A stretch of 64,000 nucleotides of DNA from Octopus vulgaris. Lineage: Eukaryota. This document shows, piece by piece, positions 43,451 to 58,836 of this stretch. The notes under the pieces were generated by a model, which ran no database searches, was not told where the DNA came from, and saw only the letters and a list, made by a program, of their open reading frames with translations. The number at the start of each line of letters is the position of its first letter. Within the stretch, counting starts at the first letter, position 1. The position numbers and the translations under genes are program-made. The stretch is taken from NCBI GenBank assembly GCA_951406725.2, contig OX597817.1, forward strand, positions 116,808,001 to 116,872,000, given 5' to 3'.

Positions 43451-44178
43451 GGGCACAAGAGTGGCTCTGTTGTAGTAGCTCACTTACCCACCACATTGTT
43501 CCGGGTTAGGTCCTACTGCGTGGCACCTTGTGCAAGTCTCTTCTATTATAGCCTCGGACTGATCAAAGACTTGTGAGTGGATTTGGCAAACAGAAACTGA
43601 AAGAAGCCATACGTATACATACATAGATGATGGCTGTCCCCTCGTTATCGTGTATGTCCATTACACGAAGCTTAATCAATGTTCTTATCGTGCAATGCCT
43701 GTGCAAGAAGATATTTTTTTAAGTGAGGAAAGGCTGTGCATGAGTTAATCTCACTCACTAAGCAACAGCAGCCACAATCTGAAAAGAAGAACAAGTCAAC
43801 ATCATCGGTAACCACTCAGCCGCAGGTTTTGTGCCGGAGTTATCCCAGTTACCCGAGTTCCCTTCTCCTAGAAGGATGACCTGACAAAGGCTTGGAGTCC
43901 TTCACTCCCAATGGATTAACTGCGCGATCGGGTATTCAGTCCGATTATTTCTATGTCCCCGCGCATGATACACCCTTAAGACATTTATTGGATGGCCGTT
44001 GACTCTCAAGAGTTCCTCCACCCCTTGACGGGTTTTGTTTTTCATCTCGCAGGGTGACCAATAAACACCCTCCTCACCAAGCAAGCTTGGTGGGGTTGCC
44101 GGTTTAGTCGCCGACGACCCGACCATGCAACAGGTAGTACTGGGTTACATATTACCAGTAGCACTCGAAAGTGACCTG

Positions 44179-44256
<78 letters not shown>

Positions 44257-44355
44257 ATATATATGCGTGTATATGTTTGTGTGTCTGTATTCCCCCTTAA
44301 CATCGTTTGATAACTGATGTTGGTGTGTTTACGTCCCCGTAACTTAGCTGTTCGG

Positions 44356-44357
<2 letters not shown>
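43451..44357 (+). mobile_element. SINE family A (head 43451-43615, tail about 44280-44357) split by an insertion
   Basis: Head homologous to 23155; tail tggtgtgtttacgtccccgtaacttagctgttcggca. Confidence 0.75.
43626..44180. mobile_element. GC-richer unclassified insertion (possibly an RTE-derived non-autonomous element)
   Basis: Sharp compositional boundaries; sits inside the (CATA)n linker of a SINE; no recognisable ORF. Confidence 0.4.
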
Positions 44358-44399
<42 letters not shown>

Positions 44400-45161
44400 C
44401 TATTTATTACATCGTGTGAAAAAAGCTGTTTTCATCCGATGATTAAACGTTAAAACAAACCCACTCCACTTGTCGCAGGAGTTGTTGTGTGCTAAGAAGC
44501 TTTCTTCCCAACCACATAGTTCTAGGCGTAGCACCTTCTGCAAATGTCTTCTAAGGTGGATAATATCTATTATGTAGTGAGAACTAATATAAATTATTAG
44601 GAAATTCTCTTTTCCATATGCCTTGAAATTTACAACATAAAAATTTATAAACTTGAAGGGGTCTGTTCCAAATTAATATATTTCCATAGTTTTAGAAGTA
44701 AGTTATGTGCCCAATTCTTAGTTTCTGATACAGATTTCGGTATTTAGTTTTTAGCGTGTTAATTTCTGCGAATTCATTTCCCCATGTTATATCGTTTACA
44801 GAAGTACAAATCCCTAAATATATCAACAAAATTAGATTTTAGCTGTATTTCTGATAACAAAACGAAAATCTATATTGCAAAAACAAGAAAAAAGAAATGG
44901 GGACCACGTTCTGTTGACACTGTGTGAAAGATCAATTTTCCAATATGTGTGTAATTATGTAGTCATATATAATTTTTCTCTCGCACTTCTCTCTTCTCTA
45001 TGTATGCATATATATATATATTAGATCCGTATGTAAGCGAACTCACAGTCGCATATATGCATATATATACACATACTCATATTCATAAATCACTCTCACG
45101 CTTTCCCTCCCCTTCTCTCTCTCTCTCTCTACAGACACACACACATATATATATGTGTATG

Positions 45162-45208
<47 letters not shown>

Positions 45209-45304
45209 ATGTGTTTGTATGTACATATATAATATATATGTATATATATGTATATACAAATGTATATGTATGTATATCTATCTCTCTATCTGTCTTTCTC
45301 TCTC

Positions 45305-45419
<115 letters not shown>

Positions 45420-45774
45420 GAGAGGGAGAGGGGGGATGAAGAGAGTGAGAGAGTGATTTTCTTGCATTATATATATATGAATGAATAACAGAGAATTAGC
45501 CCATAATTATATTTTTGTGTCATGTCACCTGCGAAAGTAAGCACTCGAGCAGCGATTATGATTTTTACGCGGGCAGAAGAATTTAAATATATTTGAAGTA
45601 AGCCGAAATAGTTTGAAATTTAAGTATATAGAAGATAACATGCATACAATCGATATTTTAACACATGTATAAGCAATATAGAAATCTCTCTTCGTACCTT
45701 TATATTTATCAGGGAATAAATGAATGTATAGTATAATATAGGGTATCATAAAAATATCTGCATATATATATATA

Positions 45775-45930
45775 TGGGTTGTGTGGTAAGAAGTTTTCTT
45801 CTTAACTACATGGCTCAGGGTTCAGTTCTGCTGCGGCGCACCTTGGGCAAGCGTCTTCTACAATAGCATCGAGTCACGCAAAGCTTTGTCAGTGGATTTG
45901 GTAGACGGTAAAATATGTACGTCGTATATA
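45775..45930 (+). mobile_element. SINE family A head
   Basis: gtgtggtaagaag...gcaccttgggcaagcgtcttctac...gtggatttggtagacgg. Confidence 0.8.
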
Positions 45931-47049
45931 TGTGTGTGTGTGTGTGTGTGTGTGCGTGTGTGTGTGTCTGTGAGAGAGAGAGAGAGAGAGATGTATATGC
46001 ACATATAAACTTCATATAATTCTTAGGAATAATGATATGACAAATATATAATTTGAAATTAAATCCCAAAGTTTTAGTAGCTACGGCTTCTTTGAAGTTA
46101 ATCATAAAACAATAAAAAAGGAAACGACTTATTCAAACTAAACATTAAATATCTTCTAGAAAGCAGCAAACTGTTTCATAGCACTTAACACTAACTTATG
46201 TGTTAACACTAACTCACATCTTAGATAAAAAGTGTTCAAATCTCACGAATAAATGTAAAGACAGTATATTTTAAACTTTATGTTTTTACTGTATTACCGA
46301 TTGATACATGGATAAAACATAATAGAAGCAGATTTCCTGTGGAATCTAAATAGATGGATAAGAAGAAGTATTGCTGAACGAATAATTCGAACGAAGAATT
46401 GAGGTTAAAGGTATTCCCTCATTAAACATTCTTTGACAGGATCTACCTCCTGTAGAACCTCGTTTGGTGCCTGCTGTTCTCAACAAACCAAGGAAATAAA
46501 GTCAAAGAAATAAAATCTCATGAAGGAAGTGCTTTATGGAAATTTCCCAACATGTCATTAACCGCTGGAGAGCAGAGGATAAGATATGCTGCTGTTGAAC
46601 AAAAGTTGAATTAGTGCGTGAGTTCAGTCGCCGAATCTAGACCAGGAGAAAAATCATTTTCAACCACACAGAATGGTCTACACACTAGCGAATTACAAAC
46701 AGAAGATCAAAGGATGTCATGGAAAAGAGAAATGCTAGTAGAGAGAGAGAGAATGGTTTTGGTCCGACCAAACCGCCCGAAACGTTAGATACAGAAGTAT
46801 TTAATTCACTTCTATTTCCCTTGTTTACAGTGACTGTGTAGGATCAATTGTTTTTCTGACGTATATTTAATGAATGGAATACTGTTGGAACATTTGAAGC
46901 AACCAGCAAGAAAAGGTCCAAAAGAGGGCAAATTTTACTCTCATCCTGCTCGTCGCTGGGATGAATTGTTGTCTTTCTCCATGATAGTCATTCAGTTTTT
47001 AACTCAACACGTGCTTAAACACTAGAGTAATTGGCACATTAACAGTGTG

Positions 47050-47800
47050 CTGCTTACTTGACGGACGCCGATTATGCTAATGACATCTCGCTCTTCGCAG
47101 CCAACACAAAAGTTGCTGAACGTTTACTCCATCTCCCGGAAAATGCTGCCGCTAACATAGGACTATATATGAATGAAAAGAAGACAGGATTTATCACCAT
47201 GAACGCAACAGGTGAAATCAGGGCCATCAAACAGAAGCCCTTGAAAAATATCAACGAGTTTACTTACCTAGGGAGCAATATCATGTCTACTGAAAAAGAT
47301 ATTAAATCTCTCGTAGCTCAAGCTTGGGCAGTTATAAACGGTTTTAGGACAATATGGAAATCAACCCTCCCAGAAAAATTGAAGAAACAGTTCTTCAGAG
47401 TAGTTGTTGAATGTATATGGATCTCTGACTTGTATATGGATCCCCCTCTTGGACTCTCACCAAGAGACTCGGTTGCATGCTAGACCTACACCAGAATGTT
47501 ACGTGCAGGGCACAACAAACCAATGGTTATATGGGAATGTAGCAACTTTCAAGAGCGAAAAGGGAGGTTTGCTCACCACTGCTGGAGAAGTAAGGAAGAA
47601 CTTGTGAATAACGTGTTGTGTGGACACCAAATCTTGGTACCACAACGGCTGGAAGACCACGAAAGACGTATATACAACCAGTTTCAGAAGATGTTGTACG
47701 CCAAGTTGAAGACCTAAAAACACTAATGGAAGATCGGGTAGGATGGAGAGAGGTAGTCAGGCTGGCCCGAGCAATCAGCCTTACTGGATGATGCCACGAT
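47050..47800 (+). mobile_element. RTE-clade LINE 3' fragment (RT pseudogene)
   Basis: LTDADYANDISLF (degenerate YADD), IGLYMNEKKT, FTYLGSNI, RFAHHCWRSKEE. Confidence 0.85.
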
Positions 47801-47932
47801 GAAAAAAAATATAGAAAGTATAAACAGTGTGCATACGTTAAGTATGATATATGCAAGGCTATTTTAAAATACTACCTCAGTAGCGAACACCGGATTTTTA
47901 ATAAGTTTTAGTCGCGTTTTGCTTTATGAGAA

Positions 47933-49062
47933 ACGAAGGTAGGCTTAAGACAGGGTTGTGCGATGTCTCCGTGTCTGTTTAATCTACAAATTTATGGTTT
48001 GACGAGAGAGGTGAATGCTAGAACCTTTGGTAGGAGAGCCCAAATGGCAGGAGAAAATGGAGAGAAATGGCAGGTGGATCAGTTGTTGCTTGCTGATGAT
48101 ACAGTACTGGTTGCGGATTCGGGAGAGCAACTGAGGAGACTGGTGGTAGAGTTTAGAAGAGTATGTGAGAGGAGGAAACTGAAAGTGAATGTAGCTAAGA
48201 GTATTGTGATCAGATGTTAGAGAGATGAAACAACTGGCAGATTGAATGTGAGTATAAATGCTGAGATGTTAGAGGAGGTGAGTGTTTTTAAGTATCTGGG
48301 ATCACATGTAACAGTGGATGGGGGGTTGGCTGAAGAGGTGGGATATAGAGTGAGGGAGAGAAGTATGATACTTGGAGTTGTGAAAAGTATGCTGAGAGAT
48401 AAAAGGTTGAATATGAAAGCGGAAAGAGGTGATGAGGGCGGTATTGTACCAACAATGTTACATGGTGCAGAGACGTGGGATATGAGAGAGGCGGAAAGGA
48501 AGCGACTAGATGTGTTTGAGAGGAGATGCTTGAGAGCTATGGTTGGTGTGACACGGATGGACAGGATGAGGAATGAGGAGGTGCGAAGGCGAGCAGAAAT
48601 GAAAGAAAATATATGTACCAGAATAGATGTATGTTGAGGTGGTTTCACCACATCGAGATGATGGATGAGGAGTGGATGTTAAGACGGGCAATGAATGCAG
48701 AAATGGTAGGCAGCTGAACCACAGGTAGGCCTCAGTTTGTGTGGATGGATGGAGTGAGGAAAGCTTTGGTGGTTAGAGATGTTGGAGTGAGAAAGGCAAG
48801 AGAATTCATTAAAGGTAAGAAAGCTTGGAGAGTGTTTGTCGACGGATGAGGGTACGGAAGCAGCATGAAGCGGCGGAGGTAAATTAGCAGATGCTGTCGG
48901 GCCCCTCTGTTGATATCAAGGGTTGCTTTCTATGCCTTGACCCGAGCATAGGACGGGGCTCACCACTTTGGGCTGGGAAATTAATGGAATTTCTGGTGTA
49001 TGTCTTGTGGCTACCCTATCTTATGGGGAATAGGTCTTGGTAAATAATATTAAAAAAAAAAA
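47933..49062 (+). mobile_element. Second RTE-type LINE 3' fragment (RT pseudogene)
   Basis: GLRQGCAMSPCLFN...QLLLADDTVLVADS...LKVNVAKS, FKYLGS, PTMLHGAETW, RMRNEEVRRR; ends in an A-run. Confidence 0.9.
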
Positions 49063-49371
49063 CGAAGAATTCTCGTCCGAGGATGTGGATGGCTACAAGT
49101 ACAAGTTATTAGAAATGCTTAAAAACGCCTAATTGCAACTAGAGCGCTCGCTGGAGACAACGAGGACAAATATTCGTCTCTCTAAGACATCTGTGCTATT
49201 TTTAACAGAGTAAGTCCAGAACATAAAAACAAGGAAACGAGAATTTCATCACATGAATAATATTGTAGTGACTGGCCTATTGACAGGGTGTATACATTAA
49301 GTATAATATATATACGGCTCTCTCTCCCTTTCTCCCCCTCTCTCTCTCCGTACATATATGTATATATATAT

Positions 49372-50397
49372 ATAATGCAATAAAAATGGTAAATAATTTT
49401 CCTGTGGTTTTTCATGTAACCAACAATTATTTACCGGTAAATTTCGGTATGTAAATACGACAAATTAATTGTCAGGACCTTTGTAAGGTTCAGTATATAG
49501 TAAAGTAAATAAGATGGCTAGCAGCAGGCTGTTTCGCCTCATACCGAAGGAATTAGAAATGGCAGTCAAAGACCGTTTTTTCCATTTTCTATAAGTGGAG
49601 ATTCCAAAAACGAAGGCCCGTGCGGCTCACATACACAAAACCGGAGTAGCAAATAGACGAAAGAAGTCACTTACCGTTAATAACGAACACGTGTTTCTGG
49701 ATCACAAACATGGAAAAGTAGTTTGATTTCCGTCATCGGCGCTATATTCGATAGCTTTACCAAATGCCACCGGCCCTCACTTCTGACCCAGCGACATCAG
49801 ATAGTGGGGGGAAGTGCGCAGATGTTAAAACTAAGTAACGACTGGGAACGTAAATTTCGTAATGGAATGGTAATGCAATAAAAAATGGTAAATAATTTTC
49901 CTGTGGTTTTTCATGTAACCAACAATTATTTACCGGTAAATTTCGGTATGTAAATACGACAAATTAATTTACCGGTAAATAATTGTTGGTTACATAAAAA
50001 ACCACAGGAAAATTATTTACCATTTTTATTGCATTACCATGTGGATTCCTCATTCCATTACGATTACCCAGAAGGCGCGCATGGCAGAATTTTGGAGGGA
50101 AAATTTACGTTCCCAGTCGTTACTTAGTTTTAACATCTGCGCACTTCCCCCCACTATCTGATGTCGCTGGGTCAGAAGTGAGGGCCGGTGGCATTTGGTA
50201 AAGCTATCGAATATAGCGCCGATGACGGAAATCAAACTACTTTTCCATGTTTGTGATCCAGAAACACGTGTTCGTTATTAACGGTAAGTGACTGCTTTCG
50301 TCTATTTGCTACTCCGGTTTTGTGTATGTGAGCCGCACGGGCCTTCGTTTTTGGAATCTCCACTTATAGAAAATGGAAAAAACGGTCATTGACTGCC

Positions 50398-50404
<7 letters not shown>
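49372..50404 (+). mobile_element. Large fold-back PLE-type insertion (arms 49554-49942 and 49966-50404) with an extra direct repeat
   Basis: Near-identical inverted arms of about 390-440 bp; 49372-49470 is repeated at 49871-49969; flanked by (TA)n. Confidence 0.85.
50213..50278 (+). ncRNA. Hammerhead-like motif, U4C variant with long stem II (mirror copy at 49680-49745, minus)
   Basis: atagcg-CCGATGA-c-ggaaatc...gatcca-GAAA-cacgtg-TT-cgttat; stem III is the palindrome aacacgtgtt. Confidence 0.6.
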
Positions 50405-50428
<24 letters not shown>

Positions 50429-50541
50429 TTAATTTGATTGATTGGATTGATTTGATCTAGTTTCAGCTCATGAGCTGTGGCCATGGTAGGGCCCCGCCAT
50501 TTTATATGTAGACAGATAGATACACAAACACATATGTAGGT

Positions 50542-51090
<549 letters not shown>

Positions 51091-52186
51091 ATATAAATAC
51101 ATACATGTATACAGGCATACAAATACATACGTTCATACACATGCATACATACACATACATAAGTAAATATATTTATATACATACAAGCATTACATACGTA
51201 CATAATTACGTACGTACAATAAAATTACATGATCAAAAGGACCTGTCACTCTATAGAGAACATAATACATTTGGTTTCCAGAATATTCTAAATTAATGAT
51301 AGAGATATTTGAACAGAGGGCATGGAACAAATGTAAACGCTTGGCAAAAAAAAATTGGAGGCTGCGTTCAATAAATATATATTGAGAGCTTAATGCCCAG
51401 GTGATGATAGGAATAATATTATTGAAAGCTGGAACGTGACATTGCGGTCTCGTATCTATATTAGATATCATCAAATTAAAGCGGCGGTAAATACGTCTGA
51501 GAATAGAGATCTGGACAATATTGCTTGAAATGAACAGAAGATAAAATTGACGAGTGCATGATATGTTTAACATATTGTAAATGTCTCATAATGATATACT
51601 GCCATTTGAGAGATCAAGTGTCCATGAAATGAATTAAATAAAAATAGTAGTTTCACAATAGCCTATGCGTCAAAATAATTCAATACATTCACATATGAGA
51701 ACATTCTAGCATTTTACATTTGTAAATAAGTTGATATACAATACAATTTGAAATAAAGATTACTAAATATACAATTGGATGACATCATAAACGCATGGGC
51801 ATTTGCGTATTTTTGTATACATTTCTATGTTTGTACCTATCTATCTGTCTGTCTTTGTCTGCTTACTGATATATCTAACTCTGTCATATGTATGCATACA
51901 TGTGCATATTTGTGTGAGTCATGTGTGCGAGCACAAGAGCAACATTTTTTTTTATCAAGGCTGCAATGAACATCACAAAAGACTCAGAATTTCACGTACC
52001 CGTTCAACTGAGAGTCGTGATCAAGATTTTTGTGATCAAGAATGTTCATCACAACTGTCCGACGAACGGAAACGTGAAACTCTGATTTTTGTTTTGTTTT
52101 TTCAGTTTTTAATAAAATATGTATAATACTCTACCTTCAGTATCCGTGTATGTTTTGCACCTTGTCTCGCATTTATGTACTTACTC

Positions 52187-52221
<35 letters not shown>

Positions 52222-52651
52222 TTTTTATCTGTTACTTGTTTCAGTCTAGAACAAAAGGTTAATTTCCTTTTTTTACACTCAAAGTAAACACAGCTTTGTA
52301 TTACCCATACCATATGACATTAACCAATCTAAAGTATATATTTTTTTTTAGCAATCATCCTGAAAATATATTTAAAAAATCTACTTAAAAATATATCGCT
52401 TAGACTCTCTAAATAACCTGCTAATGCAAACATTTTTAATAATAATGCTGACTTCTATAATTTATCTTTGTTAAGAGCAGGGTATAAGGAGCAAATTAAG
52501 AACCTTCTTGATCCTAGTTTAACCTCTAATAATCATGTTGATAGTAGTTATACTACTACTACTGCTCCTGGTGATGATGATGATGATAAGAAGGAGGATT
52601 ATGATGATGAGGATGATGATGGTAATGATGATGATGATGATGATGGTGATG

Positions 52652-52740
<89 letters not shown>

Positions 52741-52754
52741 TATAATAATAATAA

Positions 52755-54272
52755 CAGTCAAACTGACATGTTCTGCGGATATCCAAGTAGATACAGAAGC
52801 AAGAATCCGAGCACTGGACCAGGAAGAAGCATATAAATACCTTGGCAGAGACGGAAGTAACGACATATCACATTCAGCAATGAAAGAGTAGATTAGAAAA
52901 GAGTACTCCTGGAGAGTACGGTTAGTAACAAAGACTGAACTCAACGATGCAAACAAAATAGAAGCCAGTAACATTCTTGCATTACCAGTCGTAGCTAACG
53001 GTTTCAACATAATCAACAGGCAAATGAGCGAAATAAAGAAGCTAGACTCCAAATACAGAAAACTACTAACCATGGCTCGAATTAACCACCCAAAAGTGGA
53101 TGTGAACACGATTTAGTTACCGAGAAGCATGGGTGGAAGAGGACTTACTCAATTAGAATTATCTTACAAAACCACCACTGTAAGATTAAATACACATCTT
53201 GACCTGTCAAAAGATCCTCTAAGGAAGCTTGTGTACCAGCATGATAAAGTAAAGAAGCTATAATCGGTATACAAAGAATCTGTACATGTTAAGAAACGAC
53301 TGATATCGGAGGAACGTAGGATGAAGGCGAGTGAGAAAGTAACCCAGTTTGCTAAAAGAGTTAAGGAAGAGATGAAAAAACAAGCCCAGAAGAAGAGCAA
53401 AGAAGAATGGCAAGAAACATCGATGCATGGCCGATACCCATGTACAGGGAACCATGTAGACGTAAAATAACGAGACATTCATGTATGGATGAAGAGCTCA
53501 GGACTGAAGGATAAAACCGAAGGATGTATCATAGCAGCACAAGATCAAAGCTTGGCAAACAGGGCATACCACAACAAAATAATGAACGATAGCACTAACC
53601 TGAAATGCAAAATGTGTCATGAGCAGGATGAAACAGTGGACCACATCTTAACTGGATGCACAGCGCCTGCAGAAACCGAATATATTCATAGACACGACAT
53701 AGTAGCGCAATATATCCATTAGAAGATATGCAAACACTACCTCCTTCCAAATTCAGAAAGATAGTACGAGCATAAACCTGAAACTGTGAACGGAAAACCT
53801 GATGTAAATGTACTGTGGGACATGCCAATCAACACTGATAAAGAAATCAAGGCAAACATCCCGGACATAATCATCAAAGATAGGAAGAATAAGATATGCG
53901 TAATGGTAGATGTGACAGTACCATCAGAAAGAATGTGTCCATTAAAGAAGTTGGGAAGTTATTTAAGTACAAAAACCTAGAAATAGAAGTGACCAAGATG
54001 TGAGGAATGAAAAGCAGCACAGCACCAGTGGTGATTGGAGCGTTAGGGCTAATTGAAAAGGGCCTTGATAAGTGGCTCAACAAATTCCTTTGCAGTGTTA
54101 ACGTGGGAGTACTTCAGAAAATAGTGTTGCTGGGTTCCGCATACCTTTTAGATCGTGTACTCTCCATGAAATGGTGACCTGCTGTGACCATAGGGTCAAG
54201 GGATGACCCCGGTTCAGCAGAAGACAACGGACCATATTTCATTTTAAAAATAATTATAATAACAATAATAAT
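52755..54272 (+). mobile_element. Dong/R4-type LINE, 3' 1.5 kb (pseudogene)
   Basis: EAYKYLG...ISHSAMKE; CCHC finger CKMCHEQDETVDHILTGC; RHD motif; RLE IPDIIIKD..DVTVP..KYK; preceded by long (AAT)n and ends in an (AAT)-like tail, matching known Dong targeting of TAA repeats. Confidence 0.92.
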
Positions 54273-54289
54273 GTATCTTCCTTAGCTAC

Positions 54290-55470
54290 TAATTGAAGTA
54301 ATAATACCTTGTATCGAAATATTCAAAAGGCTAATAATAGTAAATTTAAGAATAAAGTCTGTAAAAATAGAAACAACTCCAGATTTTTAACGAGAAATCT
54401 TCCTATAGATTCCATAGCCCTAATAAAACTATGTGGCTTTTTATTCTATACAGTAAACAAATTAAAAGTGATCTTCCTTACCTGTTTCTTAAAGTCATCG
54501 AAAGGACCTTCCCCCAAAATTCGAGGTCCCATTCTATTTCTAACTCACGTCGTATCAGAATTGGTTTTTGCAACACTAATAATCTCCTACAGATTATCTC
54601 TTCACATAACAATTATATTCTTAACGGTAAAAGTGAGTCATTTAATAACTATATTATCAATAATATAAATAATAACAATCACTCCTAAAGTAATAATATT
54701 AATAACAATATTATTTGTAATTGTGATCCAAATCGAACATCTGTTGCTAAATTAAAAATGTTGTCTATGAATGCAAGAAACTAAAGAAATTTTCTATGTT
54801 GGCCTTTCCTCCACTGCAATATATTTAAAAAAACGCATAGCTAATCATGTTTCTACATTTAAATATATTAGTAAACGTAATAGTACGGGTCTTAGCAAAC
54901 TAATTTGGCACCTCCAAGACTGTAATAAACAATTTAATTTAGACGGGAAAATTTCGTCAAGTTCGTTCTCTTATGATAAGAGCAAATTTTTTTGTCCACT
55001 TTGTATGGATGAACAACTGTTTATCATTTTTCTGAATACACACTTATCAATACCTATAAAGAACGTCTTTACAGGTGTTTAAATTGGAAAAAAAACACAC
55101 TTTCAGCTATTTCAAATAATATCTGCAGTTTTGACTTTTCAATCCACACATCTCATTCTTTCCTTCATTGTTTCTATCCATTTGTCATTCACCTTTCTAT
55201 TTGTTTACTCCTCCATTACTTCTTTAATTTTCTTTCTTACTTCACATCCTCTCTCGACTTATGACATCAAATTTCTTAACAGTATTTAAAAAATTACTAT
55301 TGTAGTCTATCCACTTTTGTTTTTTATACATTATATATTATATATTATATATTATAATTTCTTACATTTGTAAACATGGCTTATTAATGAACACTGTTAT
55401 GTATAATCTCCATCTTAATGAGATTGATGCATTATTCTACCTTATTTTCTTCCCGGATTAATTTTACATA
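54290..55470 (+). mobile_element. Penelope-like element 3' remnant: linker and GIY-YIG endonuclease (pseudogene)
   Basis: WLFILYSKQIKSDLPYLFLKVIERTFP...IISSHN linker and FYVGLSS...KRIANHVSTF...NSTGLSKLIWHLQD...CPLCMDEQLFII GIY-YIG motif. Confidence 0.8.
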
Positions 55471-55492
55471 CATACATACAAACACACACACA

Positions 55493-55572
<80 letters not shown>

Positions 55573-55809
55573 CATATATATAACATCTTGTGTGTTTGTG
55601 ACTATTTCCCATTTATTTTATATCCTCCAAAACACGTCTCACTTTTCCCTGGAATTGTTACCCATGTACGTGTGGTTACTAATATATTAAGATGGTTATG
55701 TGAATGTGACATTTGGTTAGCCTGGTAACTATTTTTCGGATCTTTCCTTGAAACTTACACATACATACATACATACAAACACACACACACACAAACACAC
55801 ACACAAACA

Positions 55810-56322
<513 letters not shown>

Positions 56323-56326
<4 letters not shown>

Positions 56327-56723
56327 TTCATTGAAAAATATAAGTCTGAACTTAACCATCCTAACATTCTTATACAGAGAAACTCATCTCATTAAAAAGT
56401 GGGAAAAGGAATATAAATCGATTATCTCCCTTATACCGAGAGAAATCGCTTATTACCTCCCCGTGCTTGGAACTCTGCTTTACACTGCATAACGAAGACA
56501 TGACACGATGTAGGTAAAATCATTTGAGAAATTTTAAAAGTTAATACGAAACCGGTAAAATTCTCCAAAATCTATGTTACTCTATGCAAAATTTTATAAC
56601 ATTTTTCTAACATAACGACTTAAATATATTCTTTAACCTTATAAAACAACCCTTCTGTGGGTTTTTAACTCTTTTCTATTTTCTATATATTCAACCACGT
56701 GCTTTCACACACCAACTTTCTCA

Positions 56724-56726
<3 letters not shown>
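56323..56726 (+). mobile_element. PLE extreme 3' end (ORF C-terminus plus pLTR)
   Basis: FFIEKYKSELN resembles the GIY-YIG C-terminal FI.K..P.LN motif; HHR 3' half gaaaccggta at about 56548; terminal ttcaaccacgtgctttcaca.accaactttct shared with 62660-62692; both copies join (TA)n. Confidence 0.65.
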
Positions 56727-56764
<38 letters not shown>

Positions 56765-56767
<3 letters not shown>

Positions 56768-56960
56768 ACCTCGTGTGTACGATTTTTTTCCTCTGTCTTC
56801 CATTCTCTGGATCTTTCCTTCTCCTATGTTTCCGACGAAGAGCTCCGCTCGAAACGTTAACTCCTACTTCTTCCCTTCTTTCCTGAGCGTCCAATAATAC
56901 TATATTTGTTCCACGTTCTCGCGTTATTGTGTTTTTTGTGTTTTCTTGTTTGGATTAACT
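56765..56960 (+). mobile_element. HHR-bearing short retro-element (family P1), HHR at 56828-56861
   Basis: gttt-CCGACGA-a-gagc(tcc)gctc-GAAA-cg-TT-aac; homologous to 25737-25955. Confidence 0.8.
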
Positions 56961-57902
56961 ATATATATATATATATATGACCTATATAAACAAGAATGTA
57001 GTAAATCACAACTTTATTTGATAGATATCCTCTACGAGGCAGGTGATCGTGTCTCTTATGCCAACATATGTAGATATATGATAAAGTATTAAATATTAGT
57101 AATCTCATATATCCCAAATTTATGCTAATACATTGGGTTTCTTGAATTTCTACTAAGCGATATTTGGATTTGCTTATCATGCACGACGAATTAACTTGGA
57201 TATTAATTCTATTTGAATTTAATTGTATCTGCTGTTTTGAAGTTGTTAACCAATTTGCTTACCCACTGAGTGCTTTCTAGATATCTGTTTGGATTTACTA
57301 ATCAGTCTCTCTTTCTTCCTCTCTCTCTCTCACACACACACATATATTTGTGTGTGCGTGTGTGTGTGTGAGTGTTATAAATTTCGGCATTCAGAGAGTA
57401 ATAATGTGGCATAGAACTCAGTACACATATATTTCAGAACGACGTGTTCGTCGAGTAGAGAGCGGTATGCAGAAAATGAGATCACAAGCGAATAAACGAT
57501 TGTTTTATAAATTTCAATAGCTTAAAACTGTTTCTTCCGTAACATGCACGTGGACTCACAGTTGAATGACTGAGTAATACCATATACGTTTCTCATAAAA
57601 AAAATTATCTACATATAAATATATATATATATATATATATATTATATAATTATTATATGAGAAATGTTTTGAATATGAAAATAAAGTGCCTAGTGCATTA
57701 GCTCGGCCACCGTCTAATGATGCTGACTTATATCGCCTGATGAAATGAATCACGGCGATGATCAACAAGATGTTCACGAATACTACGGACTACGCTGTGA
57801 TCATCCAAGTAATATGGACTGTGATCTTAAGTGTCATGTCATTTATGAAAACGGGTGTAGCGACGCATTAAATGTTTATAAATTCCATCCAAAGATTATT
57901 AC

Positions 57903-57986
<84 letters not shown>

Positions 57987-58063
57987 CATTATTATTATTA
58001 TCGCTTTAGTGACGTATATATTTTTGCCTTTCGGTGGAGAAATTGCTAACAAGCGACTCTTAT

Positions 58064-58103
<40 letters not shown>

Positions 58104-58452
58104 GAAACACATGTATATAAATGTATATTTATATATGTATGCATCAGTGATTGCTATACGTAAGAGATCAGAGAACTCAACACAGTACCTATTACTGTAC
58201 AATAACATAATGCAGTCCCCAAGCTTACACTAACAATTCTTCCGTAACTCAGTTTACAGTTGTACGCTCAATTTATAACTGACTTACGTGAACGTCGAGT
58301 TGACACCGAAGAGTAAACAACTGAAATCCGAAATAACATAATAATAAAATTTTGAATACACACGTGTGAGCGTATTATATTACAGTTCTATACACTCACA
58401 TATCCTGCGGACACATAATCATTCATAGTCATACTTGCATATATGTGTCCGT

Positions 58453-58836
58453 GGAGGCGCAATGGCCCAGTGGTTAGAGCAGCGGACTCGCGGTCATAGA
58501 ATCGCGGTTTCGATTCCCAGACCGGGCGTTGTGAGTGTTTATTGAGCGAAAACACCTAAAAGCTCCACGAGGCCCCGGCAGGGGATGGTCGTGATCCCTG
58601 CTGTACTCTTTCACCACAACTTTCTCTCACTCTTACTTCCTGTTCCTGTTGTACCTGTATTTCAAGGGGCCGGCCTTGTCACTCTCTGTGTCACGCTGAA
58701 TATCCCCGAGAACTACGTTAAGGGTGCACGTGTCTGTGAAGTGTTCAGCCACTTACACGTTAATTTCACGAGCAGGCTGTTCCGTTGATTCGGATCAACC
58801 GGAATCCTCATCGTCGTAACCGACGGAGTGCTTCCA
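58453..58836 (+). mobile_element. SINE family B, tail type 1
   Basis: Near-identical to 16882-17248. Confidence 0.9.

Noticed and set aside
43960-44180. HDV-like ribozyme in a putative RTE 5' UTR
   Set aside because: The nested double pseudoknot could not be built by eye; it would need a covariance-model search.
57737-57760. CTGATGA heptamers here and at about 29310, 34485, 48092 and 60227
   Set aside because: No stem II followed by GAAA and no stem I/III pairing; two lie within transposon coding remnants.
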